From Oopsacas minuta (taxonomy: Eukaryota; Animalia; Porifera), in NCBI GenBank assembly GCA_024704765.1, contig JAKMXF010000304.1, positions 81,296 through 145,295 of the forward strand: DNA of 64,000 nt, read 5' to 3'. Position 1 is the first letter of the stretch. Every line of letters starts with the position of its first letter. Positions 26,705 to 40,783 of this stretch are shown here, one piece after another. Position numbers and translations under genes: made by a program. The notes beneath the pieces were generated by a model. That model did no database searches. It saw nothing but the letters and a program-made list of their open reading frames with translations, and was not told the origin of the DNA.

Positions 26705-29700
26705 TATGGCCCAAAAGGTAGAGGGCTGAGCATCCTTAGTAATGATTAGTTGGAAATAGACCCTAGCCTCCATGGTTCCGCCACTATTATTGATTCTATA
26801 TGATTCAGAAATATTCTGGCAGTAAGCCCACAGACCACCCTTTTGATAGGTCGCACTGATCCACCCAGGATGGCTGTAGCACTTTTTATGACTTTACTAC
26901 GGCCCTGATTTTGAGTATTTGATAGTGTTGAGAATTTGAATAACGCTGTTATTCAGGGGCTCTGATCGTGCAAATTTCTGCAACTTCTTAGCAGATGGTA
27001 ATCCAGATCTACCATTGTTGACGTCCAGAAATTGTAGGGGGAGAAGCTCAAAATGCAACAAATTTGGGAGTTTCAATTTATTCCAACATTTTACCAAAGT
27101 TTGCATTGGCCATGCCTAAAGATTGTCACATTTTCCTCTTCAGCAATGAATACACGATCAGTCACTGGGAAGATAATATTTTATTGTTCATCTAAAAATA
27201 GCTTTAGCGAAACTCCATGTTGAGATATGAGCAATTGAAATGCATACTTTGATACCATATTCCTATGTGTCTTTTATACATACTTAGCCGAATACACCTT
27301 TCAGCACCTTTTTGATGTCGTAAGTCACGTATGTTCTTAGCAGTATTCGGTTAATAGAAAGAAGCAAAGTCGATGTCTCTGGTATATTTTTCCAAGACAT
27401 CAATATGAAATCGGCCCGTGTTTGACTTTTAGCTAAACACCAGCTATTAGGACATGTATTCTTTTTTCCCAAAATTGTGTTAGAAATATATTGTTGATAT
27501 TTGTAACTGGGACTAGGGTGATTCTTAGAATAAAATTCAAGTCCTGAGTATAATACCGGAGTTCCGCTGGTATTTTTCCAGTTTTGAATTCAGAATGCTG
27601 ACTGTATTATATTTAGTTTAATTTATCAAATTCTCATCTGAATAGCATTTTTAAGTCAGAAATGAAAACAATGCTATTCATTAATTTCTAAATTTCAATG
27701 AAACTTTTCGAATTTTCAGTCAACCAGGATTTTTTGAATAAATTTGTATCAAGTAGGATTACTTTTTTTGATTTGGTAAGGGATTTCCGTCAAACTGATA
27801 GGGCGAGCCCCTCTCAGTTTGTAAATGAGGACGGCCTTGCTGAAGTATATATCTTTGTTTTCGCAAAGCTGCAAAATGATGTCTAAAAGTTCTCTAATCA
27901 CTGTTTCATTTCACAGCAATATTCAAAGTTACTCCAACTGATTACGGCTTAAGTTTTACATTGGTAATGAAAAGGATCAATAAAACTTTCCACTTCGTTT
28001 TAACCACTCTATCACCAAAATGGCATTTTATCACCTTTTTACGTCATGAAATCATACATTTTCCCTGCATTAATCGGCTAAGCTCTATAATACATATTAC
28101 TCGAGATATATGATATATCATTTTCAGTCGGCCTTCTCGTTCTCAAGGCTTCTTGGGGTATATTTGGCTGTATATTCATTAGACCATGTTGGTATGAATA
28201 TGAAACTTCAACCTAGTCAACGAGGTTTGCTCTAAACAATTTGAAATTGTCATAATGTGGTAATACAGACATGTAAAATTCATATATCAGAATCGAACCA
28301 TCTCCTTTGAATTCTATGCAATCTGCAATTGATGATTTATTAGCTCATTATCTAATTAATTTGCAAATTATTGTTAGAATATATCTAATTGGAAATTGAA
28401 TCATCGAGTCAGTTATGACAATGTTAACTAAGATAGATAAATAGTAGTTTCAGGTATATTATGTATGCATATTTAAATATTCGCAGTATTTCAAGATTGA
28501 CAATTGTACATTTATTGGTTTACAATTCGGTTAGTGTAGATACCTGGGTTCTAAGGTATTTATCTCTTAGTTTGGTTCATCCAACGAGCCTGAAAATATG
28601 CTAGATATTCACAGACGAATAGTTACGAAATCTCCTACACAGTAGTTCAAAGTTTGGGGCAAGCAGTCTTACGCTCATCTAATACAATTGTGTATGCATT
28701 CAAGGTTCTACTACAGTAAGTGGTCAGCAGTGGCGTGGACAAGGTGGCACATTTGCGCCACCTGTATTTTCTTTACGCTTGTAATGCATCATACGTTTTT
28801 CGTTGCCACAGATACCACACCACCACATGTCCCAATCAATGAGCTGTCACTATGTGCCAAGGCTTGATAAGCCACTGGGGTTCAGCGTCCAAGATTTGGA
28901 CAAGAAACCCTATGGTTACGGATTCGGGGCGCGAACTTTGTATTACGGTATCGGCAATTTCTAAAGTATATGCCATTATACATGTTTATCGTTTTCCAGC
29001 TCGTTGTACGGGCCAATCTAAGAGATAATAACAGTAAACCCCGATGTATCTAGTGTAGATTCCGAATTAGGCATGAAAGAGCGGCAAAAGTCCTCCCATT
29101 GAAGTAACATTAAAGTTCGGGACATATCACCCAGTTACTTTTAAAGAAGGACAATTGTCTAAGACCTATACATTGTCATATATGCTAACAATATGTAGTT
29201 CTATTTCTGGACAACAATTAGGCCCGAGTACCTCCCCAATAAGAAGATATTAACGTTTGATGTGGGGTCTGCAAAAATAGTCTAAAAACCGGAGTCCGCA
29301 GGGTTAGGGTGTGATATCATTCGAATTATTCGTTCATTCATTCCAAATGTGGTCCAGATTTCAGATAACATTGTATAAATACTTCCCTTACATTTCAGAG
29401 CATAAGAATCAGTCTTTCTTAAAAAGTATCTGGCCCGTATGGCGAAAAACATCGTTTTGAGATAATTGAAGTAAAAGATTCATATAATATCTTTTGTGAA
29501 TATATACATACAGTGGAAGCCGCTTAATCGGGACTCGGATAATCGGGATATCCGCTTAAACTGGACAATGGTTGGGAACAGATTTTCGCTTAGAAAAATC
29601 GTCGGATAATTGGGACATTGAATCGGTTGATCGGGACTTTTTATCCCGATACCTAATTTTTGAAAGTTCATAATCGGTTATTCAGGATTTCTTATCCCGA

Positions 29701-30448
29701 TTAACCGGATATGAATTATATTCGCTTAATTTGGAGTTCTATCCCAATTTTACGATTCTATATTCATTCAGAATCATTGTAAAATGGTCTGTTTTAAAAT
29801 AGGAATTTGAATATTATCTACAACCATAACAATACAACACCGATGTGATTACCATTTACTATACCAAGATTATTAACTTTGTTCACTCGCCTCAGGTTCC
29901 ATTGCTATTCCACCATGTAAAATTCCCTCAATAATGACCAGACTGTTGGATAGCCAAACGTTTTGCATGGTTGCAGTAATAAGCACATGCATTATTATTT
30001 AATCTTTATTTTCTTACTTTCTAAGTATATAGCGTAACGATATCCTTACTACAACCAATTCTCTACTAGACCTAGATAAATCAAGATTAGTAGTATAGGA
30101 ATAAGATATATCTGGTCATGTGACAATGAAAAACTAGTTTTGAATACTTAAACAATCATAACACTGATATATAACATTTTTGATGATCTTCTTTCTCTAT
30201 AATTTTTGCATAGTGTAGATATATATTGGGAATATTATGTATGTTTTTCATTCTCAAGGGTACTAAAAGTAAGAAATTTCTATTTTAGTTATGTCGGTCA
30301 TTTAATTGACTACATGGTCAAAATATTTCTAAATTCAATTCCACACATCACCCTTATCCAATTTATTTGCTTTTAATTGCTTATACGTTGTAAATTGCCT
30401 CTAATAATAGTTATAGTCTGTTTAATTCCACTCGACATTTAGTTTTGC

Positions 30449-30900
30449 TTGTTCATTTTATTGTTTATGGCTTCTTGGGTTTGTAACTATTCTCCTGAAA
30501 AGTTTTGTTATATTTGTGGGAGGTATACTACAACTGACCAACGGCAAAATATCACAAATCCTGTAGTACGCTGTTATTCGCATATTTTGGATGATCTTGG
30601 GGATCAAGATAAGCCGTGGGCTCCACACAACGCCTGTAAGACATGCGTTGAGAACTTACGCTTGTGGTATGCTGGGAAGAGAAAGAAATGCCATTTGCGT
30701 TTCTAATGCTATGGAGAGAACCAATTTGTCATCTTTCGGAATGTTATTTCTGTATGACGAAAATTGATAGTATCACAAAAATGAATGAACCCAGTATTGT
30801 GTACCCAGACGTACCGTCCGACATTGGGCCAGTTCCACATTCAGAGAACCTACCTGTACTAGTTCAATTGGAAATATTGGACATTAGCAGTGACAATGAT
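30449..30900 (+). pseudogene. N-terminal Cys/His-rich fragment of a Chapaev3-like (CMC) transposase
   Basis: CNYSPEKFCYICGRY...LGDQDKPWAPHNACKTC...LRLW, then after a frameshift MPFAFLMLWREPICHLSECYFC...IVYPDVPS...PVPHSENLPV. Confidence 0.65.
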
Positions 30901-30929
30901 AGTAGTGGTGATACTATCATTGTCACTGC

Positions 30930-31311
30930 TATCTGTTTGTCTGTCTGTCCGTCCGTTTGTTTGTTGCTAAGGAAGCTGAAATGGAATGTGGAATTCGTAT
31001 TTGCAAAAATGTTTGTATCTATATATCTATGGTGTTAATCAAGAAAATATACAAATTTCATAAACTTGACTAAAGGTTAGCGAATATGCTGAATCCGAAT
31101 CACACATGGATTTGTCATATACAAATTTTAGTTGTTTATATGAATATTAAGTAAACAATATCCTGGAAACGTGGTTTCAACGGTTATTGTGGGGTAATCG
31201 GGACGCTGAGTCCGAATATCACACAAACTAATAGTCAAAGCGAGGGCCGAAGGCCGAGTACGGACACGAAGTGTTAGAATCCGCGTAGCGCAAGGAAGCG
31301 TAGTGCCCTAG
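30930..31311 (+). mobile_element. Short Helitron-like element
   Basis: (TGTC/TGTT)n tract, internal unit shared with 22568-24844 (GCTGAATCCGAAT, AACGG..GGGGTAATC) and a 3' GC-rich segment + CTAG|T. Confidence 0.5.
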
Positions 31312-31774
31312 TAATAGTTAATATTAATATGATTTAGTAGGTAATAAACATAAATGTAAGTTAATTTCATATATTTAATCGCTTATTGGTGCAATCTTCC
31401 AACCAAAAAATTATAAATTCTAAACCTGTCGTGAATACATACTGAACTAATTCATAAACAGTCCCTTCAAATTATTCAATTTCAGCTATTTTTATTTAAT
31501 CATCAAAAACTTTTTACAATTTTGTATATCAGTGTAATCGGTTAATCGAGACAAGACATTGACTCCCGAGCTGTCCCGATTAAGCGGCTTCCACTGTATT
31601 AGATTGGTGTTACGTCCCGCTAGGACTCATTAAGTAAGCTATGCCTTGTCTTAGGACACCACCTTACTTTTGACATATAACAAACAATAAAAATCAGTAA
31701 AAAGGTGTGATAATTTCCAATCAAGAGGGAGGGGTAAATAAATCAGCTGAGAAAATTCCTATCGACAAAAGTGA

Positions 31775-31847
31775 GTTCTGCTTAAGGATTCGAACCCATG
31801 ACCTGCTCCTTGGTGGGAAGTAGTTATTTCCACTATGCCAGCAGGAC
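31775..31847 (-). tRNA. Degenerate tRNA-like sequence (Gly-like, ACC loop): pseudogene or SINE head
   Basis: 73 nt with A box TGGCATAGTGG, B box GGTTCGAATCC, a 6/7 acceptor stem and a downstream TTTT. C at position 33, a broken D stem and one extra base in the T stem argue against a functional tRNA. Confidence 0.55.
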
Positions 31848-32852
31848 CCATAATAGAAATATATAATTATATACATTATTTAGGAGAATTATTTGCCAAG
31901 AATGTCAAATTGAAGGGAATTCGAAAATTTTACCAAAAATGGCTATTTTTAGAGGAAATGACGTCACAAATTGTCACATAACTCACTCTGGAATACTTGG
32001 ATTTAAAAAATTTCAATGTAGGAATGATAACAATGCATGTGAGTATCTTTCTATATAATATACTCATACAAACAAATTTGGTTAAAAATGACCAAAATTT
32101 CGCAGCGCGTGTCCTTACACAAGATTTAATGGACCTTTTTTTGGATCGGGGACACCATCACAATGGTGTAAATTTACTGCTTATGCATATCGAATTGTGC
32201 CAACAGAAATCTTTTTCAATTGACTAAGGCCTTGAGGCGCTTAACTAGTCCTTTTTGCCTATTGTGTAATTAGCCACTGCACTGGTACCCCAGAATCTCT
32301 CCTTGTGCTATGAAGGATTGATCGCTATTGAGATAGTCGATCTATATACAATTTGTGCTTCTAAGTGCAGGTGACCGAGCTGTAGGTTGCATTATCGCAA
32401 CCAATATTTAAATACGTGCTACTTGAATATAATCCGGGTCTCGACTGTAATTTAGAATAAGCAAATATGTGGCTTTTTGTATTCATTAAACCTCTAAAAT
32501 TTTAACTTATATATCATTTGCTGCAAATTTAGAGGATTTAAGCCTAGTCCGTGGCAGACTAAACTTTACGAAAGTAATGGCTGTGAAATTAGCAGAGTAT
32601 TCAACTAGGGTAATTTCAATCCACTATTTAACTTACTTGTGGTTACCAGATATAATTACATTTCGTATCATTCGATGGAGGAGATTCAGAGGTTTTATGT
32701 TCCATAATATATTTTCCAAAAATACCATCATTTGATTTTTTTGTCATACAATGCAGGGTTGATGATCCATCAAATACCACCATCTGAATTTTTACTAACT
32801 AATCTGAAATTTGGTCAACATACTGTTGAGACATGGCGGCTTATGCCATATA

Positions 32853-34239
32853 CAGTATGTCCAATAATTATCGCAACACATCATTATTTCTAATTCTAAC
32901 ACTGCTATAGTTATATTTGATAAGTAGAAGATACTTTACTAATATAGAAAGTTAATTGGTATCTATTTGAACATAAAACTGAGGAAACACAATGGGATTA
33001 TAATTTTTGCAAATGAGGATGGCATCATAAGATATTATGACGTCATCTTTTAGCATCTTTCATCATAAATTAGAAAATTCTCTTACCTTTTAGCTGAATA
33101 ATTTAGCATTTAGCGTTGATATGGCTCAAAATTTGATGGGAGAAAAGATCAAAACTCTATTGATTGGCGATAAACATACACCTACTAAAATCTCACGCAT
33201 TTTAGATGTTGAACAAGGGACACTTTACAGGGTTAAACAAAGGCTCCAAACAAATATGACCCTTCAACACAAAAGAAGCGATGATAGACCAAATTTACTC
33301 GGCAATTCAATAAAATATACAGCTACTCAGTTCATCAAATCGGATCCAGAGACTAGTATGTAAACTTACAATCAGGATAGCTAAAACAAAGAAACTAACT
33401 GTCAGTAAAAGTACAGTCCATCTTACTCTTCAGAAACTGAAATACTCAGCCATTTCCTGTCCAGATTCCGTTGCTATCTGAAAATAATCGTCTCTTCAGA
33501 ATTGAATGGGCACAGAAAAACAAATTTAAACTGTGGTGTAGAGCTATGTTTGCAGATGAAGCCTCTTTTTGGCTTAATCGTGGGAAGGTTCGAATGTGGA
33601 CAAAATCAGGAAGAGAATGATCACAAAAACTACCGAACACTCACCGAAACTACACATATGAGCTGCATTTTCGTCTTTCGGTACCTTCCCATTGTGCATA
33701 TTTCGTCAAAATTTGGATACACAGTTCTTTGTTAAGATCCTTGAATGGCATCTTCTTTTACAGGCTGAGGCTTTCCACGAAAATAGATGGTTTCTCGTCC
33801 AGGATAATGATCCAAAGCACCGTTCAAAATTTGCCCAACAATGGATCTCAGAAAAAATGCCAAATAATGTATTTCAGAAAAAAATGCCAAATAATGTATT
33901 TCAGTGCCCAGTCAATCATCCGACCTTAATCCGATAGAAAATCTATTCGGCTGGTTGAAAATCAAGTTGCAAAACAACATGCCAAATCACTAGCTGAGCT
34001 TGAAAAATGTATCCAAGCAATTTGGGATTCTCTCCACCCGAATTTTTGGAACCCTATTGGAAATCTATGACGCGTAGATTTCAGATGGTCTTAGAAAACG
34101 ATGGAAATAAGATCAAATATTAATCTTTAGTGTATTCTCAACAAGTAAACAAAAAAACTAGATCATATACTTTGTATTTATTGTTTCTGGGTGACACTAA
34201 GAAATCTCCCTAGTGTTGCAATAATTATTGGACATACTG
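32853..34239 (+). mobile_element. Full-length decayed Tc1-family element
   Basis: TIRs CAGTATGTCCAATAATTAT / ATAATTATTGGACATACTG with TA TSD. Pieces read FADEASF, LVQDNDPKH and S.DLNPIE. There is an internal ~27-bp tandem duplication at about 33848-33903. Confidence 0.92.
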
Positions 34240-37200
34240 TATATTCTTTTCACAATTCACTAAACTTTTGGAGTTACAACTATTCAAACTTGAACTTGGG
34301 AAATCAAATTCTATTATGGATTTGAGCATATACTATAGGTACGCCTAGTAATACACAGTGTGGCAATATGGGCAAATAGGAATATTTTCAAAAACATATT
34401 TCAATGCATTTTTCGAATTCTCCATAGTTCAATTAGTACGAAAATATCATTGCCAGCATTAAAAGCAGTTAGGAATCCTAACTACGCACAACTTTGTTAT
34501 GTGTTTCTAATAATTGAAATATATATTTCAAACCGTAAATTCCTATGCCCTGATGTATGTAAACATATTTGATTTAAATACTAAATATAAGAGTGAAAAA
34601 CATCTTCTGATTATAAATCTATAATATAACAACAATTTAATCATTGATAGGTTAGTCTAGATATTCATTTGTACTTTTTTCCGGGTGTCTAGTTTGGCCC
34701 TCCCAAAGTTAGAATTTAGAATTTTTTCTCATTGATTGGAGTGTAGCATCTCTTCTTTGACAAAATTTGACAAACGTTATTAATATATACGTAATGTTAC
34801 TATATTTAGTCAACTATTTAATCACTTTCCAAGCTGCCAAAAGCTGCCCAAAAAATTTGTCACGTCATTCATTGTCCAGACCGGACAAAAATCCGAAAAA
34901 TATATTTTTCATACGTTTTAAATTTTTTCAGTAAAATTCTATATTTTGTTGGTTATTAGTTATTCCAATACTCTACAACCATATATCATAATGTTTCTAT
35001 GCTGAAGTAGCCCTTTGGCTGATCATGTCTGTACTAATCACGAACAATGAGGCATATAGTTTGTATATTTCGGATGGAAGAAGTGTTACAGTCTCTGTTA
35101 GGAAACTTATTGAGAACAACCATTTATCCGATGAAGAAACTGCTACTCTCCATTTAAAATTTAAATCACTTCTAACATCCAGAGAGGCTTACCGCAGGAG
35201 GGATCTTGAAACATGGGATAATATGATTTTCCACTCTACTCATCTAACAATATCCAATCCGAGAAAGAGAATATCGCTTGATCCTGAATTTTCTTCTTTA
35301 GTCACTGATTCTGAAAATCTAAACTTTTCAGACGGATTGTAACTGAATCCCGGAAGCATATTCTCGAATGTCACATGAAGACTTCCAGATCGAGACTTGG
35401 TGTTCTTTTAGAGCATGTGGACTTTTTAGCACAGAGAGAAAAGATTGAGCCTAAACAACTACGCTCTAGCTTTAGAATTAATCTCAAATAAATCCTATGA
35501 CAGTGATACCTCAGACATGTGCAGAGAAATAATTGCTAAGGGGTCTTTTAGCGGTGTATTGAACAAAGTACAAATCTCTAAATGTGCTTATGTATTGGAC
35601 AGATTAGAAATTGGGGCAAGTAAATACACGAATCTGAAAAGAATTCTCAAAGGTGATGTTAAGCTTCCTTCCTATAAGCTTGTCTCGCAATATCGTAGGG
35701 AAATAAGCCTAATAAATGAAATGGAAATAGTTAGCAACCCCGAAGCATTGTCAATTGGGACTTGCGTCTCTTATCATTCCATCCTTAGCCTGACCATTCA
35801 ACGCTTGCTTCAAACATTAGACCCAGTTCCTGATTCACACTACCCACTAAATTTAAGATATCCGATGGATTGGATGGCTCCGGTTGTCATCAAACCTATA
35901 ACCAACAAAGCAACAATTCTGTATTAAGCACAAAAAATTTTCATTTTGTTCGGATTCAAAGTAACATCAATTACAGACACACTTGGAATGATGTGTTTTA
36001 TAACAGCTCACTCAACTCTCCCTTCTGCTTTAGGCCAGTAGCACTGATAGGTTTGAAAGAAGAATATTCTAGTGTAAAGCTTATCATGAATACAATAGTC
36101 AATCTTCAAGCAGACCATATCATACTGGATGGGTTATCTCTTATTGGAGGCCATGCACAGGTTGAGATAGTCCGTTCCCTTTTTGATACCAAGATGGCAG
36201 GATTGCTGGATGGAGCTGGTGGGGCTTCTTGTCATCTGTGTACTGCAACGGATAGCCAAATTAAAAGTTTAGAATGGGCCCATTCTGGTTTCCCTATTAA
36301 CAGATTAATTAGCGACGCTCGGCAACTTTTTGAAGAAGTTGATGAAGAAGATTACTTGAAACTCCCATCAAATCAACTTGTTGGTATTACACATCAACCA
36401 ACTTCTAACATCGATATTATAGCTTTGTCTCCTTTGTATGCTTATCTTTGTGTATTCAGGTGGTTCATGCTATTGCACAGTGGGCTATTAATGCGAATTA
36501 CTAGTATTAGGGTTTTACGCGTTCAATTTTAGAGATAGAGGCTTGTAAAATAAATTATTACTGTATAGTAAGTCGACTATTGCGGTTCTTTTGTTGATTT
36601 CAATTTTGTTGTATCACATCAGGTTTTCAATATATGACGTAATCGTAATTACCATGTACAGTAATACAGAAATCTGGATATTCACTAAACTGGGTTTTAT
36701 TAGAAGAAATAGAATATGAATATATAATGGCTATGGTAACTGAAGAATAACTAACATACGAATATCTTATTGATGAATTAATGATAAATGGAAGTAGAGT
36801 TCATCTATGGAATTTTGAAGGAGAGAATCTTCATTATCAATATTATTAGTGACGTTTTCACCTTGCCTGTTTTTTACACAATTCTCTTGATGGCCTACTT
36901 GACCACAGGTGGAACAAATGGTGATCCTTCTGAATTTTTCATTCAGAATTGGACAACCATAGATGTAGAGCCTCATTGCAACATCACTTAACCCACTTAG
37001 AAAATCTGACTTCCTGCTCTAATGTGTTGAGAACTCTCGGATCAACTTATGTCCTTGTTCTAACCCTTATTCAGAAAGACTACACAATCCTACCTGTCAT
37101 TTCCCTCAATAAACTGATGGGCATGAGCAAAGAATTAGTGGAGTGTATTGCTAATAGACACCCAGGGAAAGGTTTGTGAGATTAGTATGTAGATTTCTTG

Positions 37201-37948
37201 ACTTAATACACGAAATCTGTCTACGTCGACAACTTCATTACTATTAGCAACTCTGAGCAATGCAGATAGATTCCTGTGAATCTCTGTCAGAGCATCTCTA
37301 TAAACATTTGGTACAAACGATAAAGAGATCCTATAACACGGTTTTTTATATGGAAAAAATGTTCTTGCCATGTTACCAGTGCTTATGTTCCCACTTCCTC
37401 CTGGTTGGTCGAATAATAAGTTCGTAAGCTCATGGATACGCTTGCACTAAACCTTGATATTCTCGCACCATTTGATCTTCAGTCCACTTGGACTTTCCTG
37501 CTTGCAATTCGGTAGATGAGGTTCAAAAACCAATCTGAAATCCTTAGGTAAGAATGTAAAGGTGCTGCAGGAAATACATCAATGCCACTTCACAGTGGTT
37601 TAGAAGCAAAGAATAGACAAAAAATTGATTCCGTATTTGATGGTTTCTTTTCATTTTATATTGTTTAAATGATTCTCATTTAAAATATCTAAGCGATTGA
37701 GACCCTAGAAGCTGTAAAATTTCTTCATCAAAGATGCGAAATATTTATAGGAAAATTGCGGCTTCATGATTTCCAAATTTAGACACAATTTCTAATGAAC
37801 CTGTAGGAGCAATTACATAATCGAATGTTACTAATCTGGTATACTTTATATATTTTGACTATGCTAATTCTAAATATCTTGTTTCCATGACTGTATCTTG
37901 TATATATTTCGTGAACATAAGGTTTCTAAAATCTAGTAAAATCCATAC

Positions 37949-38250
37949 CAGGGTTCTATCTAGGATGTTAAATTTGGGGGGGAAGCTTTGAAATCCTTAG
38001 TACCCAATTATCAAAATATTACAACCTTGAAGTAAACACCAAACTTTTAATTTAATTCCTAATAATAAAGATTTCCCATTTGTTATTTATTTACACTTCA
38101 AATAGTATTTTCACAATGAATTGATATTCTAATAATTTATCAATTGAATAATATATTGCGATTAATAGTACATTTTATGAGATTTTTGTGGGGGAAGCTG
38201 AAGTGTTGGGGAGGAAGCTTCCCCCCACCCCCCCAGTAGATAGAACCCTG
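37949..38250. mobile_element. 302-bp MITE with 5-bp TSD inside element B
   Basis: TIRs CAGGGTTCTATCTA / TAGATAGAACCCTG, TSD CATAC on both sides, G/C-run subterminal motifs. Confidence 0.85.
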
Positions 38251-38566
38251 CATACAGAATTTTTACAAAGAGGAATACTTAAAGTGTCAGGAAAAATAAA
38301 CAACATAAAACAACAGCGCAAAATGAATCGAATACACGCATTACGATTCCTAAAAGGTAATCTAAAACCACAAAACCCGAAACAGTGCGCAACCTATAAT
38401 TTTCAATGACATTCTATTACAACTTTTCGTTGCTAGGAAATTCCCATTGTAGCATACTGCAACAATGGAATGAAATAGTATTGAATTTCGTCCTTGAAAT
38501 TCATTATAGCGACTTATATATATAATCTACTGAATAATACATATTTTTCGGAATTTCCCGAAAACA

Positions 38567-40783
38567 ATGACAGAAGAGTTAATTTTCCCAAAGTCCCGCC
38601 TCGAATTGGCAAGAATCCTGAAAGACAATAATAATTGTGTCTTGAAAACGATAAAATATTTCAAAGAACACTTTGAAATAGACTCTGATAATACGAAACT
38701 CTTGGAAACGTTGCTGTTAAGAATTCGGGACAGATTCAAGAAGGCGAAGAGATCTTTAGATTGTTTAGAAGGAGAATGGTGGCATTCTAACATTTCCATG
38801 AAACCTGAGTTAAAGAAAAATCGTGTTTCTGATATACTAGAATCGTCTTCTGATGATGGTGAAGTTCCCATTCATTCAGTGAGTCATAGGAAGGATCTTG
38901 ATGATCTCTCTCTGCAACAACAGCGTACTCGATTGTCAAGTCCGCTAGAATGCATTAAGTCACTCTCAGTTATTGAGAATACTACAGAAATAAGCATTGC
39001 AGCACTCTCATTACAACTATTGGCAAATGAGGAGAATAATCGTCAGGTTGCTACGGTAGCCAAAGAGATTATTGTCAGTGGAGGATTCTGTAACCTCAGT
39101 AACAAGCATGTTCCAGTTGATAAAGCCTTATTCCTGCTAGATTTACTTGAAGTGGGCAGACGAAAATACACTCAATTACGTCAAACACTTCTACCAGACA
39201 ATATACATTTCCCATCTTACAGCAAGCTAGCTAATCTGAAAGATGTCATGATTTCGCGATCCAGTATAACTTTATATCCTAATCCAGCTAAACTAATAGG
39301 TATACACGCACCATATTGTCTTCAAGTTCAGAAAACCCTGGAAAGAATATTATCAATGGTAGATCGCCCCACAAGTGAAGAATTCCCACTCACATTTAAA
39401 ATCGCAGATGGCTTAGATGGTTCTGGTTGTCACACTATCTACAACCAGCAGACAACTAATACTTTCACCAAAAACTTCATTCGGGTTTGTTTCAAGCCCA
39501 TCTCCATCCACACTGTAACAAACAGGATTGTTTGGCAGAATAAATCCCCTAATTCACCCTTCGCTCAAAGACCTATTTTTCTCTGCGCTGCGACAGAATG
39601 CGAAGAAAATATTCGTTCCTTCATGGAGACTATGATTAATCCCGATATAGCGATGTTGCAAAATGGGATTCCTTTAGAAAATGGTGTTGTCAATGTCGAT
39701 ATTATCCGCTCAATGTTTGATGAGAAGATGGCAGCCATTCTCTCTGGAGCTGGAGGAGCCAGTTGTCAGATGTGCACTGCCACACATAAAGCTTTGAAGG
39801 ACCGGAATTTAGTTCTTGAAGGGTTCCCCATCAACAGAAATATCACAGATGCAATCGAGTTATTTTCGCACATTGATGACATTGAGTCGTTCTTTGCTCT
39901 TTCGACTAATGAACGCTTCAATTCAACTCATCAACCAATTTCAGAGATTAACATACATCCAGCATCTCCACTTCATTCATACACAGGCGTATTTGGGTAA
40001 GTAATCTAGTACTCCATTAATCATTCAGAATTTGTCTTCACATAATTAAACCAATTTTAGGTGGTTCAATTTGCTGGTTTATCATCTTCGCATCGAAAAG
40101 TTTACCTGGTCCCCAACTTCACCAGTTATCAAGGAGTCAATGAAATTCCTTCAAACATTTATTCAGGAGAAGACAGGATTAAAGGTTGACCAGCCTAATT
40201 CTAGCGGTGGAACCACCTCAACAGGGAATGTTGCTAGAACAGCCTTTTCTGATGAAACTGAATACCTTGAATGCATTCTATCAACTGTAGCAATACAATA
40301 TCGCCCAATCTTATCAAAGATACATACTCAGCTTTCAGCCATTCTTCGGGTTTTCAATTCAAGTCACAAGGTTAACACTTTGGAATTGGGGAAGTGGTGC
40401 AAGGATACCTACCTTGTCATCTTAGATTCTTTCCCCTGGGCTAGCATGACTCCAACCCTGCACAAGCTCTTGGCCCATTCCGAGGAGTTAATACGTGAGT
40501 CGAATTCTAGCTATGGCTTAAAGGCATTTTCAGAAGAAGGCACAGAATCATGCAACAAATTAGTTAGAAAATATCGGAGAATTTAGCTCGTAAAGTTAGT
40601 TTTGAGACCAATAATATGGATATCTTCGTCAGATTAACTTCTCAAAGTAATCCAACCTTAGTAAACTATCGAAGAATTTTGACTTGTGAACGATGTGGTC
40701 AATCTGGACACACAACGAGATCTAAATGCTGCAATGCTATGAACAATCAGAAAACTAGTATACAGACTTTATTCACGACTTGA
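38567..40783 (+). CDS. RAG1-core-like (Transib/RAG1L) transposase of element B; exons 38567-39996 and 40061-40783, one frameshift near 40580
   Basis: NBD-like RKDLDDLSLQQQRTRL, KIADGLDGSG, SMFDEKM, CQMC, SPLHSY, LHKLLAH, SEEGTESCNK and a C-terminal CERCGQSGH. A 64-bp GTAAGT..TTTTAG intron (39997-40060) joins the two ORFs in frame (GVFG-WFNL). Confidence 0.88.

Larger units (their letters stand above)
29511..31596. mobile_element. pogo/Tigger-like TIR element without its own transposase
   Basis: TIRs CAGTGGAAGCCGCTTAATCGGGAC / GTCCCGATTAAGCGGCTTCCACTG, TA TSD, subterminal ATCGGGA repeats. Confidence 0.85.

Noticed and set aside
26897-27472. Short ORFs with an RHG-like motif
   Set aside because: Fragmentary, with no coherent domain.
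36476-37590. Internal inversion of element A's 3' half
   Set aside because: The minus-strand piece repeats the PLHSY/WF motif already present in A and continues in frame across B into 41203+, so it is a separate element (A').
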